Below, piece after piece: positions 1 to 13,255 of a stretch of 64,000 nt of DNA. Source of the stretch: Balanoglossus misakiensis (Eukaryota; Animalia; Hemichordata). Positions within the stretch are counted from its first letter, which is position 1, and each line of letters opens with the position of its first letter. Location of the stretch: NCBI GenBank assembly GCA_040954595.2, contig CM082579.2, forward strand, positions 12,897,834 to 12,961,833, in the 5' to 3' direction. The position numbers and the translations under genes are program-made. The notes beneath the pieces were generated by a model. That model did no database searches and was not told the DNA's origin. It was given only the letters and a program-made list of their open reading frames with translations.

Positions 1-2230
1 CTGTTCTGAAATTCCGCGTTGTCTGTAATTTGTCCTGACACTTTGCAGACGATCAATTTTAATCGACCCTCCAATGGGTGTTGTACCTGTTCCTTCAGAT
101 ATGGTAGTCTGAGAAGGTTCTTTACTTTCTGTATGATTATTGGGATGTCTATCAATACTCCCATGAGTTTGGTAAACCACGGTTGAGTTGGCCAAAGTGG
201 AGCCACAACAATGCCCACTGCTTTGTCTTCTCTGATTTTCTGCACACAGCGTCCCATTAGACTGAAAGGGGGAAAAAGATAAATATTGTTGAATTTTCCC
301 CAATCTATGGTAAATGCATTCACATATAATGCATAAGGATCTGGTCCCCAGGACACATATTTCTCCACTTGGTTATTTTGTCTTGATGCAAAGAGATCAA
401 TATCTGGTGTATTCCATTTATTGCCGATTTTTCTAAAGATATTCTCATTTAATTTCCATTCTAGCTGATGATCAAAGTGACGTGACACTCTATCAGCTTC
501 AACATTGTCAATTCCTGCAATATGTGAACATGATATCCAAATATCATTATCAATACATAACTTCCATATATCAACTGCAATTTTATTGCATGTATCTGAT
601 TTGATTCCTCCCATGTTGCTAATATAACTCACAGCTGTTGTATTATCTGATAATACCTTGACATGTTGACCTTTCAACTTTGGCATGAATGCCCTAAAGG
701 CAAACTTGATTGCTAAAAGTTCTAATGCATTTATATGCATCTCAGTTTCACTAATAGTCCATGGACCGCCTATCCTAGTCCCCTCTAAATATGCTCCCCA
801 TCCTTTCAAAGAGGCATCACATTGTAATGTTATATCTGGATTACCCTTTATTATATATCTCTTTTGTACTGTAATATTTTCAATCCACCATTTAAGTTCT
901 ATTTTCATCTGCGATGTTATAGTCATATTACAATCAAACTGTCCTGCAGATTTTTTCAATGCTTTAATTTTTTCTCTTTCTAGGACTCTGTAATGTAATT
1001 TCCCATATTCAACTGCAGGAAAACTTGCTACTATAAGGCCAATGACTCGAGCCACTTCTCGTATACTTGCCCTATTTTTTACAGTCAATTTTTCACATTC
1101 TACCCTAAGGGTATTCATTTTTTCTTCTGGTAAAGTTACAACCATTTTCCTTGAATCAATTTGCTTTCCTAAGAAAACAATTTTTTGTTGAGGTATGAGA
1201 ACTGATTTCTCCTTATTAATGGTGAACCCCAAGGAGGTCATTAAGCTCATAGTATCTTTGACATTAGTTGTACACTCGCTAGAAGTGTCACCACAAAGCA
1301 GGCTGTCATCAATGAAGCCTGAAATTGTATGTCCCATATTACGTAAATTGGAATAAACTGGTTTCATCAATTTTGTAAACAATCTAGCCCCCTCTGATAC
1401 ACCATTGGGCAAACATGTATATTGATAGATTTTTCCCTTCCATGCAAATCTGAAATACTTTTGCTGTTCTTCAGCAATTTTTACTGAATAATATGCGTGT
1501 CTCAAATCTACTGACGCCATGTATGAATTTTTATTAATAAGAGTGAGGGCTATTTCAAAGGTATCCATTTTAAAATGCCTGTAAGGTATTTTATCATTCA
1601 GTTTTTTTCAGATTTAAAAATCTGAAATACTTTTGCTGTTCTTCAGCAATTTTTACTGAATAATATGCGTGTCTCAAATCTACTGACGCCATGTATGAAT
1701 TTTTATTAATAAGAGTGAGGGCTATTTCAAAGGTATCCATTTTAAAATGCCTGTAAGGTATTTTATCATTCAGTTTTTTTCAGATTTAAAAATCTGAAAT
1801 ACTTTTGCTGTTCTTCAGCAATTTTTACTGAATAATATGCGTGTCTCAAATCTACTGACGCCATGTATGAATTTTTATTAATAAGAGTGAGGGCTATTTC
1901 AAAGGTATCCATTTTAAAATGCCTGTAAGGTATTTTATCATTCAGTTTTTTTCAGATTTAAGACCATTCTATGTTCACCATTCTTTTTGGGAACAACTCT
2001 GTATCTTCAACTTGAACAAGGACCTTCAGTTCAAGCATCTTATTAATTTCTTTGTCAATAATTTTAGTTTCTGTGTCATTGAATGTGTAATTGGCCTTGC
2101 TACTAGGTGGTAATGACATAATGTCAATATCTATGTGACAATGTTGTACTATATCTAGTATAGTTGGGTCTTGAGTTATCTGTTCCCATGCCTCAACAAA
2201 ATATTGTAATCTACCAGCCTCAAATAATGT
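1..2230 (-). pseudogene. DIRS pol (RT-RNase H-methyltransferase), disrupted
   Basis: Catalytic motifs are recognisable, but the RT is broken by a frame change near 1995 and a 3 x 172-bp duplication. Confidence 0.88.
1446..1961. repeat. Perfect tandem triplication, 3 x 172 bp, inside the RT coding region
   Basis: Units start at 1446, 1618 and 1790 with aaatctgaaatacttttgc. Confidence 0.95.
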
Positions 2231-3499
2231 GCTCACCTCAGTTACTGTGCTTTGTATTTGGAGCCCGCTAAGGGTCCCTGGTCTCTGGTAGTTTTTTGAT
2301 CCTGATGTACTTGGCAGGTACGTCTGACTTTGACTGTATCGATAGGCACCTCTGCCTCTCTGTTGGATGTATCCACGTCCTCTACCTCTAGATCTCATAT
2401 AGCGGTTTGATGCTCCGAATCGTGATACACCTCTTCCTCTGTAACTGAATACTTTGTTGCTTATTCTAGCAACGTCTTCAATTTGTTTGGTAGTCTTAGA
2501 TATGTCATCTCCAAACAACATGTTTGTAAAGGGACGGCTGTGATTGCAAAGATGAACATACTGTTCTTTCAGTTCTGGTTTCAGTAGATCTTTTCTAGTC
2601 ATATTTATCTGTTTGTTTGCATGCCCCAATAGGGCAAGCACATCATTACAGTCATCTATCAACTTCCCAAAGGAAGGATCCAAGTCTTTTTCCATCACTG
2701 CCATACTGTTTACGACTTTCGCTAAGATAGTCGCCGCTTTTACCACTGATGTCTCAATATTCTGAATTTTCTTATAATTCGTCCGTGCAGTGGACGACAT
2801 TGCATCCCAGATAAACTGATTTGTTTTCACTGTTACCAAGCCCTCACAGTTCTGTGGGCGGGCATTGTTTTCACTCTTAGTGAGTTCAATGTATCGCTCT
2901 TCCTCGATACCATTTTTGAACAGATCAGTGATATTTTCCGCCAACGTGGCGTTTATATCCTTATCACAACACTCTTGCACTTTGAATCGTTTCGTCATAG
3001 AAACGAATCTACTAGGTTCTTTCTCACTGCTGTCGTCGTCAATGGCGGCCTCCTGTGAGGTCCGTTTCTGGCTATTTGGCGGGAGATCGTCGTCTGTTAC
3101 TTCCCCATAGTCACAGTGAGAATCATATTCGTAACTTTCCTCAAATTCCTTATTCTGTGTTTCTATCTTGTCTAGTCGCTCGGATATTGTACTTACTGCG
3201 AGTTCCTGTCTTTTCATGGCTGTCTGAATCGAACGCATAATGGTCACTACTTCGCCCTCACTGTCATCCTTTTTCTTACCCGAACTAATCGGAGTATTTG
3301 TTGGTCTTTTCGCCGACTGCTTACTTTTACTTGTCGATGCCTTCGCATCGTCTTTTACCGAACCACGTTCGGTTTTATCGAGTTTATAGTCATTTAAACT
3401 CCTTGCTGATGTTCCGGACAGACCGGAAGACTCGGACTTATCGCCCTTACTCATTTGTGTCGGCAAACTCATTGTGCACCTACAGTGACAATTTTTCAC
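1958..3499 (-). CDS. DIRS gag-like protein running in frame into the N-terminus of pol
   Basis: 513-aa ORF (likely ATG at 3469) with coiled coil, RPQNCEGL, LFGDD and an RG-rich tail typical of DIRS ORF1. The last ~95 aa are pol-like. Confidence 0.8.
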   Translation of the reverse strand: MKNCHCRCTMSLPTQMSKGDKSESSGLSGTSARSLNDYKLDKTERGSVKDDAKASTSKSKQSAKRPTNTPISSGKKKDDSEGEVVTIMRSIQTAMKRQELAVSTISERLDKIETQNKEFEESYEYDSHCDYGEVTDDDLPPNSQKRTSQEAAIDDDSSEKEPSRFVSMTKRFKVQECCDKDINATLAENITDLFKNGIEEERYIELTKSENNARPQNCEGLVTVKTNQFIWDAMSSTARTNYKKIQNIETSVVKAATILAKVVNSMAVMEKDLDPSFGKLIDDCNDVLALLGHANKQINMTRKDLLKPELKEQYVHLCNHSRPFTNMLFGDDISKTTKQIEDVARISNKVFSYRGRGVSRFGASNRYMRSRGRGRGYIQQRGRGAYRYSQSQTYLPSTSGSKNYQRPGTLSGLQIQSTVTEVSTLFEAGRLQYFVEAWEQITQDPTILDIVQHCHIDIDIMSLPPSSKANYTFNDTETKIIDKEINKMLELKVLVQVEDTELFPKRMVNIEWS

Positions 3500-4812
3500 T
3501 CAAATATTTGGCTCCAAAGCCAAACTACACGGTTGATCGACGATCTAACCTTAGAAGATTCTGTTCTGAACCTGTTCCAACCCAGATGGGTCTCGATGCT
3601 GCTGGATTGTCGGTAAAATAACCGTCGAAAACTCAGCTGCCATACTCCCAATGCACACATGTGCACCTGACTCCCACGCATGCGCAGCACACTCTCATTG
3701 AAGACTGACCGAGATTATGACGAAATAGAATCGGGACACCATGGGCGCAGACAAAACATCCCGTTTAACCGGGACATTGGTAAATGGTCGATCCCTGACG
3801 TCGACGGACGGACGCACATAAATACATCTATCTTAATCGTGGCAATCATGCCTTTCTATACCGGAATTTTTGAGTGGTTAATTCTCCGAGTCCAAGTCGG
3901 GATCTTCCACTTTTGGGTGTTTCGCGTCGAGGACGGACTGAAGCAGCTCCACGCGGCCGCTTTGGAAAGCTCCCCGGTGACCTCATACGCGGCAGCGCGT
4001 CCATCTACGTGATCGTTGAATTCGAGGCACGGTCCCGGGGGACCTGTCTGAGGTCATGTTTTCCAGAGCGGCTATATATAACTCAGCGTGGCCAGTCGGC
4101 CGCGGTGGGTACGATAATCAGCGCGAAAGTAAATCATCATACGTTTTTTTTTACATTTAGTGACTTTGGGGATGAAAATCCGCCTTTTTTGCATTGCACT
4201 TTATTAAATTTCCAAGAATTTAATGGATATTCGGCGGGGGGGGGGGGGGGGGGGGGGGGCTTTAGACCGGATATAACCTCGATCTTCAAATGGGCCCTAA
4301 AACCATGGGGGGGGGGGGGGGCGTTTGTCTGAGCAGGGGTCTTACCCGGGCAAGTACGGTAATTAACATTTTAGCACTAAATATAGCTGTTATTCTTATA
4401 TATTTAAAAGGGACTGTTGGCGGTCTAGCGCCCTCTTGTATTTCTGGTTGTGTTAAGCAGCCCGTTGAATAAAATAATTCAATTACACTACAGTCATCCC
4501 ATGAGTTGTGTCACCCTGTCGTGAGCAGGAAGCTCTACTAATCAAAACATTCTTTGCATTTGTAGGATATACCATGGAAATGGGGACGGGAAATATTGGT
4601 AATCAAAAATGCTCTATTGACCAGTAACTGATGGCTGGAATGGAAGCCACGCTGGAACCTTCAAGTATGCAAATACATGCAAAAAGTCATGTGGACCTAT
4701 GGAGTCTCATTTGAATAACGGAACAGTCAAGACATTACAGCATTGTACAAGTACACATGTAATAATTTTATTTGAAAACATACCGGGTTACTTGTATTTT
4801 AACAGTTTGAGT

Positions 4813-6845
4813 TTAACTCTTAAAGCTTTCCAAAATTTTAAATATGTTTTCAGCATAGCGGACTGGCACCTGAAAAGCTGAGCAAATTGAGCTGGTGCAG
4901 GCAAAAAACTGACTTTTGACGGCAATCTCATGAGCCAAATTTGCAGTTAGTCCTGTTGGTATGTCTGATATGAGATTTTCATGCTTAAAGTAACATAACA
5001 AAAGATTTTCTATGGAATTTACATCTGTTTCAGCAACTTTCAGTGTTTTAGAATAATCACACACATCACACTTGCACTTTGCTGCACAGATATCACAACA
5101 CATGTGTAGTACAGGTAATTCATCTGCTTCGTAGTTAAATTGTTCGCATGTGAACTTTCGCCTGCATTTATCAGTAGTACAGAACCTCCTCATTTCCTCA
5201 CTCATGCTTGACACAGCTGGGCTGATGCCAGATGTATTGTAAAACAGAGTAGCTACAGCCTGCTCACCATCTCGTCCTGCACCTCCAATTTCCTGTAGGT
5301 ATGCCACCAGAAGAAAAAGAGGTACATTCAAACCTAGCAAACTTAGGGACTATCTCATATTGTCGCATAATTTCAGAGACAGCAATAAAGTCACTGCCAG
5401 GAATAAAATAGTGTGGCAACTTCATAAATGGTTCGCAATGATCAGGTTTTAAGGTAGTGGATTACCCAGATGCAATACATGGCTATCACATTCCATGGAT
5501 GTAAATGAAGAATTTTGAGAAAACAGTTATAATAATGTAATATTCTTGACATTTTCACAAAATGTGCCAAAGAGGAGCTTTATTTTTTTAAAGAACTGTT
5601 CAGATTTTTCCCGCATAGGAAAACTGTGGCATAATATTTTCAATAAAGCAATGTCCTGTTGCATCAGGGAGCAACAATAATTGTGGTGAGATAAATAATT
5701 GGAATCAAAATATGTATCCATGATAACACATGAATGCTAAAACTTTACCCCCCCCATGCAAATCAACAAACAACAAGTTCAACGTAATGTGAAAACCCCT
5801 ACTCTCTAAACAATGAGGTGGTCCAGCATGAACAATCCGCCTGATGTCTGCCACATCCGTACCCATTGAGTATGCTTCTGATGCAAACAAAAGTCTGACT
5901 GATCCAGCTTGCATGGCTTTCACGGTATCAGTCTTCATCTGTCAAAAACAACAACAACAACAACAGTTGCAATGATCACTTATTAGGGTAAACATGGAAG
6001 CGCATAATGTATGCCATGTCATCAATAATTATCTATGTCCGACATACAGGGTAACTATATATCATTGGATTACTTATATTTTTCCTAATAAAAATTCACA
6101 TCCCTTTAAAAAGAAAATTAAAATGGGGCAGAAGCTGAAATTTGGTGTTTGAAAATAATATGAGCTCCGTTTAGAAACTAATCTATTTTGATAGAATCTA
6201 AAGCTATTTATCAAATGCCCATTTCTTCAAAATTCTCCTACCTTAAATGTGCATGGTTTGTGGAACTGGCCTACAAAACCTCCCAAGTTTGATGATGAGC
6301 CATCAGTTTCCTGCCTGAGTGCCATCTCGTGACCATGGCCGCACCACTTAAGCGTGGTATACACAACAGTTTTGGGAAACTTTTCCTTGTTTTCTTTTAG
6401 TTCTCTAATCAAGTTGAAGTAATTCCTGTCATGACTGGCCTCCACTGTGGTCTTCCCTGTGGACGCAAGGCGTTTTTCACAACCATTTTAATGTTGGGGC
6501 GATGTATAGAAGAAGTTATCAGAGCTGGATTCTTCAAATGAAGGGCTTTCTGCAATTCTGCTCTCAATTCGCTTGTGGCAGTAGCTGTCATCACCAGCAA
6601 CCTTGATTTTGGAAACACTGCTTTTAACTGATGCAAGTCCATGAAACTCTTGCGGAAATCAGGACCCCACTTCACAATACAATGTGCTTCATCGATCACG
6701 ATGAATATCTTTTTTTCCTGGCATTTGGTCTTTCCAAACACATCAAGTACAGCCTTATTGAGGATATGCTCTGGGTGACCCAAGATATACTTGAAATCGT
6801 GATCATGGAAATCCAATGTAGGTGCACCACAAGGGCCAACTACAA
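4813..6845 (-). pseudogene. RecQ-like SF2 helicase with introns, AcademH-transposon type; 5'-truncated and frameshifted
   Basis: Motifs HPE, IDEAHC, WGPDFR, MTAT, RPNI, QFH, EAYSMGTD, YLQEIGGAGRDG (motif VI R>G) and CRR...CCDIC zinc site. No Walker A exon was found, and there is a frameshift near 6470. Confidence 0.85.
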
Positions 6846-7635
6846 AAGCATCTTTGCCATACCTGTAACATGGGAAGAAAATTGGAAAATACTTTTATCA
6901 AAAAAATGTCAAATCAAAAATATATCAACAAATTTCTAGCTATAGTTTCCATGAGACACACCAACGTTACTCATTTTCTGCTTGGCAACAATGATATCAT
7001 GGTTTGTTTTTGTTTAATTGACGAATACATTCAAATCCGGCCTTTAATACAAATTTAACAAGTACAATATTCATAGTTAGGGACCGTTCATTTTTACGGC
7101 TGGGGGGGGGGGGCAAGTTTGTGTCACCGCTTTTTTCAAAATCAGGATAACCATTGCAAGACTACTTGTGGAGGAAAATAGCTTGTTTCCAAGAGCCTGC
7201 TCATCGTCCTGATCCCATGCACACTGTATGCAGTAAAGGGAAAGAGGGTCCCAGCATAATAGTATAGTATTGCAATACAGAAATCTATGAATATAAAATG
7301 ACAAGTCAATACAATAGTGGGCAGAATTGGTAAAAAAAAGAAGTGAAGGGGATTAGGGTGTCCCCCTCCCACATTAGAAAATTTTGTAAAATAAAGGGCT
7401 TGAAACTGCAGTTTTCTGGATTCAAAATCAGAAGTTGGGGGGAGGGCATATGTGACCCCCCTAAACGTTTTGAAAAAATGATGACCCCCCCCCTCCCTTT
7501 GGTGTTTCAAAATGTTATTCAGGACAATATATACACGACAATTGCTGACATTCTACATCTTTGCATTATACAGTGCAGATTTCCATGAATAGACTTACTA
7601 TTTGCACTATTACAAAGCCACAAACAGATTAAGAT

Positions 7636-7958
7636 ATCAGATGTAGGGTACAATGACATATTTTACTTCACAGTACAGTATTCTTATGCTGTCGCCTCAC
7701 ACTACATCTGATCAACTCCCATAGAAGATCCCTTTTCAAAATCTCTGGCTTTACTGAGCCAGTAAACCAAACGGAAGGCGCCTCAGAGAACAATAGGCAT
7801 CATACAGTGTAGATCGACATAACGTGCAATCTGATAGGCCTGGCCGCAACAAAGGTTGAATGGGAGCTTTTATGGGAGATGGTCAGATGAAGTGTGAGGC
7901 GACAGCATAAGAATACCGTACTGTGAAGTAGAAGATGTCACCGTACCCTACATCTGAT
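7636..7958. mobile_element. MITE-like inverted repeat (~105-bp imperfect arms)
   Basis: atcagatgtagggtac...ttcttatgctgtcgcctcacac is mirrored by gtgtgaggcgacagcataagaa...gtaccctacatctgat. The TSD is unclear. Confidence 0.75.
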
Positions 7959-8111
7959 TTTTATCAGATTGTGTTTACATCAAAACAATTCAGCCATGAT
8001 GCTTTCATGGCACTATTTTCATGATAATTTGTAAATTCTGATGAGTAAATATGTGTCTCACATCCCACCCTGTTGAGTGTAAAAGCCTAAAAGGCAAGTC
8101 TATCAGTCTGA

Positions 8112-10577
8112 CTATGATCGTGGACATGTGACATCTTTGAAATCATCAGGAACATATGGTCTCACCATTTTGTACAAATAACATTTTCTTTGAGCACTCA
8201 AACCTGGTGGATTGAGAACTTCTGGCAACTGGTGGCAATCAGACGGCAACAAACTTCCCCTCTTTCTGAGGTCAATTCTAATATCATCACCCTCCAACTG
8301 CTCTTTCACAACAACAACCCCTGGTTCTGATTTGGAAAACTTAAATAAACTATATTTTGATATACCTCTAAAAGGGGAAAAGAACTGACTGAGAAAACTA
8401 ACCCAATCAAACCATTGAACCCTCACAGTTTCATCTCCTGGTAGTTGATATCCATCAACCATATTACACTTAGCAGACTTCTTTACAATGTCAACAAAAC
8501 CGGATAAAGTATAAACATCTGAACGCCTGTACAATTTCTTAATTAAACCAAAGCATGCATCATTGATACATTTGGTGTGACCTGTTTCCATGAATGCAAG
8601 TGTTACATTTTCATGCAATCCTACAGCACACCGCCACAAAAGATGATGCATAGTTGTTTTGTTTTTATTTTGCCCTGGACAATTGTCACAATGAAATATG
8701 GCACCTTTCTTACCAACACCGTATGAACTTAAATAATGATGGAGCATAGAAATGACAGCATTTGGCCCATGAGACTTTGTACCTTCCAAGCCTATTGCTT
8801 GATCCTCATCAATGAGATAGTTTACCTGTTTTGACATACCTTCATTGTTGATGCCAAATAAATGGATCTTTCGAAGGGACAGGAAATAAAATGGACTAAT
8901 CTTATTTGACAAATGTGGAATAAAAATACTCTGAGCAAAATCAAAAGTGTAATGAACTTTGTGTAGATCGACTGAACATGGCTGGGCACCGGCAGAGATA
9001 TTGTCATCTGTACTGTCCAGCTCTTCTTTGGCTATAGTTGTAGAGTTCAAATAAAAGTCCCGTTTCTGTTTAGCTATCTCTAAATGTGAAGAGAATTGTG
9101 CAAGTGCTTCAACCTTCTCTGGCTCTGTCCTTGCATACATAACATTTTGTCTGAAACGTTCACATTTCTGACAGATATCAGTTCTCGGTGTCATTATTTT
9201 GATATGGGGCAAACACTCTTTCCAAAGATTTTTGAAAAGAGTAAGTCCTACATGAACTTCATCTTCACCCTCACAAGACTGCTGGTAGGCGTTGTGTATA
9301 TCTTCTTTTCTAGAGCTAGCTGGTAAGTAAATGGGTGGTTGGGAACCACGGCCACTTGGTGCAGCTGCCATTGGAATACTGCACTGCCTTGCGTAGAGTC
9401 TGAAAATAAAATATTGAAAATCTAACATTAATACAATGTTACTATTGTCTGACTAACCAAAACTTAGTCTCATTGAAAACTACACTGATAAATATTTGTA
9501 GCTTAATAATTTTAAATGTGATTGAACTGGTTATGTAAATACCTGAGCCCAGATCTCATTATTGATTTAATTAGCTGCATTATCACTGGGCTTGATAAAA
9601 TAGCCCATGTCTTGTTTTGACTCAGAGTAAGTGAACTTGTTTTCATGAAGAATAATGAAATTGTATATTAACTCAAATGAAAAAGCATTAGGGGGCCGCC
9701 TTCCTTTGTTACCATGTCTTCTAGGAACAACTCCGTTTTCAGTGTAGTGTTTCTTCAAATTCCTAAACTGCTTATTACCTGTGTATCCAGAAGACATTCA
9801 AATTAATATGCTTTTTCAAGTTGGGAAGTGACACATGAGTGAGGCTCTAGAAAACAAATACAGTGCAAGTCGACTGCAAAGGTCACCCGATCATCGAGAG
9901 CAAACATAAACAAACACTGTACTTTAACATTGTTTTTTTCAGCAACGCGATCAAAAATACGATTCGACTTCTTAATACCGACATTATACACATTTATACA
10001 GAAATTATCCGTGCCCAGCACTTCTACTCACCGACAACGTAAACAAACAGCCACGCGGTTCTGCAAATTTCCGTGCCTTGAAAATCGTATCGAAATCTTG
10101 ACTTCTGCCGCTTTCCTTGCCTTGTCTTCTCTGAAGTATACTCCACCTGTTCGAGCTTGGCAAGAACCAGTATTTCTTTTTCGATCCTTTCAAATTCGAG
10201 CATTTGTAGGCGATGACCGTAAACACTGTCGACGTTGAGTTTGCAGTAACATCGATTATTGCAACCACATCCCTTCTCAAACGCATTCAAGAAAACATCC
10301 CTAGTAGATCAACATCGCCGCATTGAGGTAAGCTATCGTGACCATTTACAGAACAAAGGAAGTCTTGCACAAGTTCTTGTGAGTTTACATCGCCGCCATT
10401 TTCGCAATCTTCGTCTTCGCTGTCAATGTCATGATCTCTGACCTCTGACTCTACAACATCACTGACATCGCTTTCTCTGTCATTTTCACTATCCTGCGAT
10501 CCGTCATGAATTTCCTGCGGATAACGATCAACTGTCTCTTGGAGCTCCGAGTCAACAGTGAAGAAATTGTCAGCCAT
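8112..10577 (-). pseudogene. Sola1-like DDD transposase; core ORF 8112-9428 open, N-terminal part fragmented
   Basis: Core motifs FDFAQ, YFLS, YLIDE, DNCPGQNKN and GHTK-x3-D-x2-FG. N-terminal pieces include an acidic region, GCGCNNRC, EICRTAW and PRRHGNKGRRP in shifted frames. Confidence 0.82.
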
Positions 10578-11560
10578 AGTATCCAGATCTTAGGCCTGCA
10601 GGCCCTCCAACGCAATGCTGAACGATGCCGCCGACGATAGTAATGTGATAACCCGGATACTGGGGCAGTGGGAGTTCGTCCGATATCGCGCACACGACTT
10701 ATTTTAAAATTTCACTTCAAACGTGTATGGTTTTGGGTCCAAAATGAAAGGGAATTAAAAAAAAAAAACTGAAAGCAGCCAATGTCGTCAAATAATACCC
10801 TATGATATCTCAGAAGTTCTATCAGGTAAATCGTACCTAAAACTCGGCTGCCCCTGATCAGCTGATGGGAAAGTAAGCAAAATAAACTAATGTCTGCGAG
10901 GATCGCGCCAATATTTTCCCGCGTATTACGTGACTTTGCAACATTCTATTCTCATTTGCATAACACTGTCGTTAGGTACCTTTTCCTGTGACGCGACTCA
11001 TTTGTGCCAGAGAGCCTACGATCACCAGAAACTTCTGTTTGGCTGCATTGGAACAAGGGCAGTGAAGGAATCTAAAAATTACTGGATTAATTTTGATGCT
11101 TATTACGAGCGTTGCTTAGAGGATAGGAGGGAAGGGAAGTGGGAATATTGGATGGAGAGGGACGAAAGAAAAAGAAGGGCATTTCTTGGGGAAGAATAGG
11201 CTTTGTTAACGTTTGAATTACCTTAAATTGTTTAACCATTAAATTTCTACTTCCTACTTTCTATGATATTATTCAGTTTTCAATTAATTATCTGGTTTTA
11301 TCGCTTTATTAATTGGGATAATTTTAGTAAATACAATGTTTATATTTATGTACATTTATGCGAGTTTACAATTAATAACAATATTTTACTGATTTTCTTC
11401 ACAGATACCGTACGAATTGATAATTTTGAATAAAGTGACACTACAGTTTACATCATGGCTATGTGTACTTTAATCTACATACACCAAGGTAAGCTCATTT
11501 TATTGTAACATTTCTGCTTTAAATGTACTTGTTTTCTTATTTACTGTCTGCACGTTTAAA

Positions 11561-12552
11561 CAGTCAGGACGTAAGTGGGGTAATTAAACAGCAGGGGATC
11601 ATGCAATGCAAACACTTGAACTGGCCAGTAACGTTTGAATTGCTCATTTGCATACAGTTTTTCAACTTTTTTCACAACGAAAGTTAAGCAACTTGCAACC
11701 CATTTCTGACAATTATTTCACCCCAGGCACATTACTGGTACTATGAGTGTACTACATGTGATTTTTCATGAAGTTTTATCGAGAAGAATTTCTTTACTTC
11801 CACTGACAAAATTGTGATCACGAAATTCAAAGTGACCTTGAAGTTAAAAAATCAAAAAAAAAATATCAGCCATACCCACACAAAAATTAACCCCCTCAGG
11901 TTTTAGAAACATTATTAAACTCCTCTATTCATAATTTTGACATGAATATATCCATGCCGAGAGTCAAGGACCACAATTTACAGTGCCATAGGTCAGTCCT
12001 GAGAAGTCAGTCAGCGTGCATAGTGTATAGACTCCGTATGTAATATGCTAATGAGAGTTAACGAGGCGTTGAAAAGGAAGCCATTACGTCATGGGTTAAC
12101 ATGCGTTGACCTACTTCAATGCATACACATATGGCAAACACGGCTGTACTCGTCGATGGCGAAGGCAATTTTTACACCGTCATTACTCCACAACGGAGCG
12201 GCTCACACTATTATAATTTCACGGTAACTTAGTTCAATATCTTCCTAACCTACCCAATTTTTTGCAAGACAAGAAATCTTTGCCGAGAGTCAAGGACCAC
12301 AATTTAAACCAACATACCGAAACTGTCTTTCTCGGGAACGCGTCGTTAAAACTTCACGAAAAATCATCCTATCATTGACTATGGTGTTTCATACACGTCT
12401 TAGAAAAATGGGTGCTCTACGATCACTTGTAGTACCGAAAATCTCCGTTTGAAAATTTTTCGAACTGGCCGTAACTGCCACTCAGCGACGTTCACATTCA
12501 AATAGATCTCTTTGATCTCACCGCCGTAATTACCCCACTTACGTCCTGACTG
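11561..12552. mobile_element. Non-autonomous TIR element (~990 bp) flanked by TAAA on both sides
   Basis: TIR cagtcaggacgtaagtggggtaatta / taattaccccacttacgtcctgactg, with taaa at 11557-60 and 12553-56. Internal 26-bp direct repeat tgccgagagtcaaggaccacaattta. Confidence 0.8.
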
Positions 12553-13062
12553 TAAAGTTTTCATTTCCATCGGAGTAGGGGGCCAAGATGAGGATTTGCA
12601 TACTATTGTCAACTGTGCATATCTAAATCTGAATCGGTAAAAAACTTACCTACATCAGGCCGGCAATATTACAAACCATCTACCTACATGCTGTTTCTTT
12701 TGTGGTGAAAGTTTCCAAGTAATGTGCAGACAAGTGTAATATGGTAAACAGGTACACCGTCTCGAATCAGACTGTATGATTACAATGCATCACATACATA
12801 AATAGGGTCGGCTGATTCGAGGTAAACTAAGCAGGATTGTGAGGGGTCAATTCAGCTGCCTTTTTTTCAAACAGACAGGAAATGAACACAATCACAAGCT
12901 TGTTTGTGTCAACTCTTTGGTCATATCTCCGGATGTAATGGAAGAATGTTGAAACTTTTACACTTTTCAAAAATGTGGCAGCATTTTCATAAACTGAGCA
13001 AAAAATAGACTCCCTAGAACAAGCATAAATACATTTGACTCGAGGTCAAACACTTACAAAAA

Positions 13063-13255
13063 TATCCTATAGGATTCCTATAAGACCTTTAGGATTCCTT
13101 TAGGATCCTTTAGGACTCCTGTTGGGCCTTTAGGAATCCTATAGGGCCCCATGAGAATCCTTTAGGGATCTTAAAGGATTTGTTGTGATCCTTTAGGAAT
13201 CTTTTAGGCGCTAACATTCCTTTAGACATATCCTATAAGAATCTTAAAGGATTTT
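13063..13255. repeat. Subterminal cluster of short near-palindromic repeats (cctttagga/cctatagga)
   Basis: About a dozen variants directly inside the CACT terminus, as expected for CACTA ends. Confidence 0.75.

Larger units (their letters stand above)
1..3700 (-). mobile_element. DIRS1-like tyrosine-recombinase retrotransposon (gag, RT, RNase H, Dam-like methyltransferase; recombinase lies off the left edge), decayed
   Basis: Minus-strand motifs appear in DIRS1 order: gag-like ORF, pol start AGRLQYFVEAW, RT LPNGVSEGARLFTK and GFIDDS, RNase H CDASLKGWGA/SDNTTAV/NVEADRVSR, methyltransferase DLFASRQN and FPPFS. An overlapping frame at the window edge reads RQRGISE, like a DIRS YR start. The 5' boundary is approximate. 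Confidence 0.9.

Noticed and set aside
10930-11199. 89-aa ORF with a hydrophobic start
   Set aside because: It has a GTG start, no recognisable family and a purine-rich low-complexity tail.
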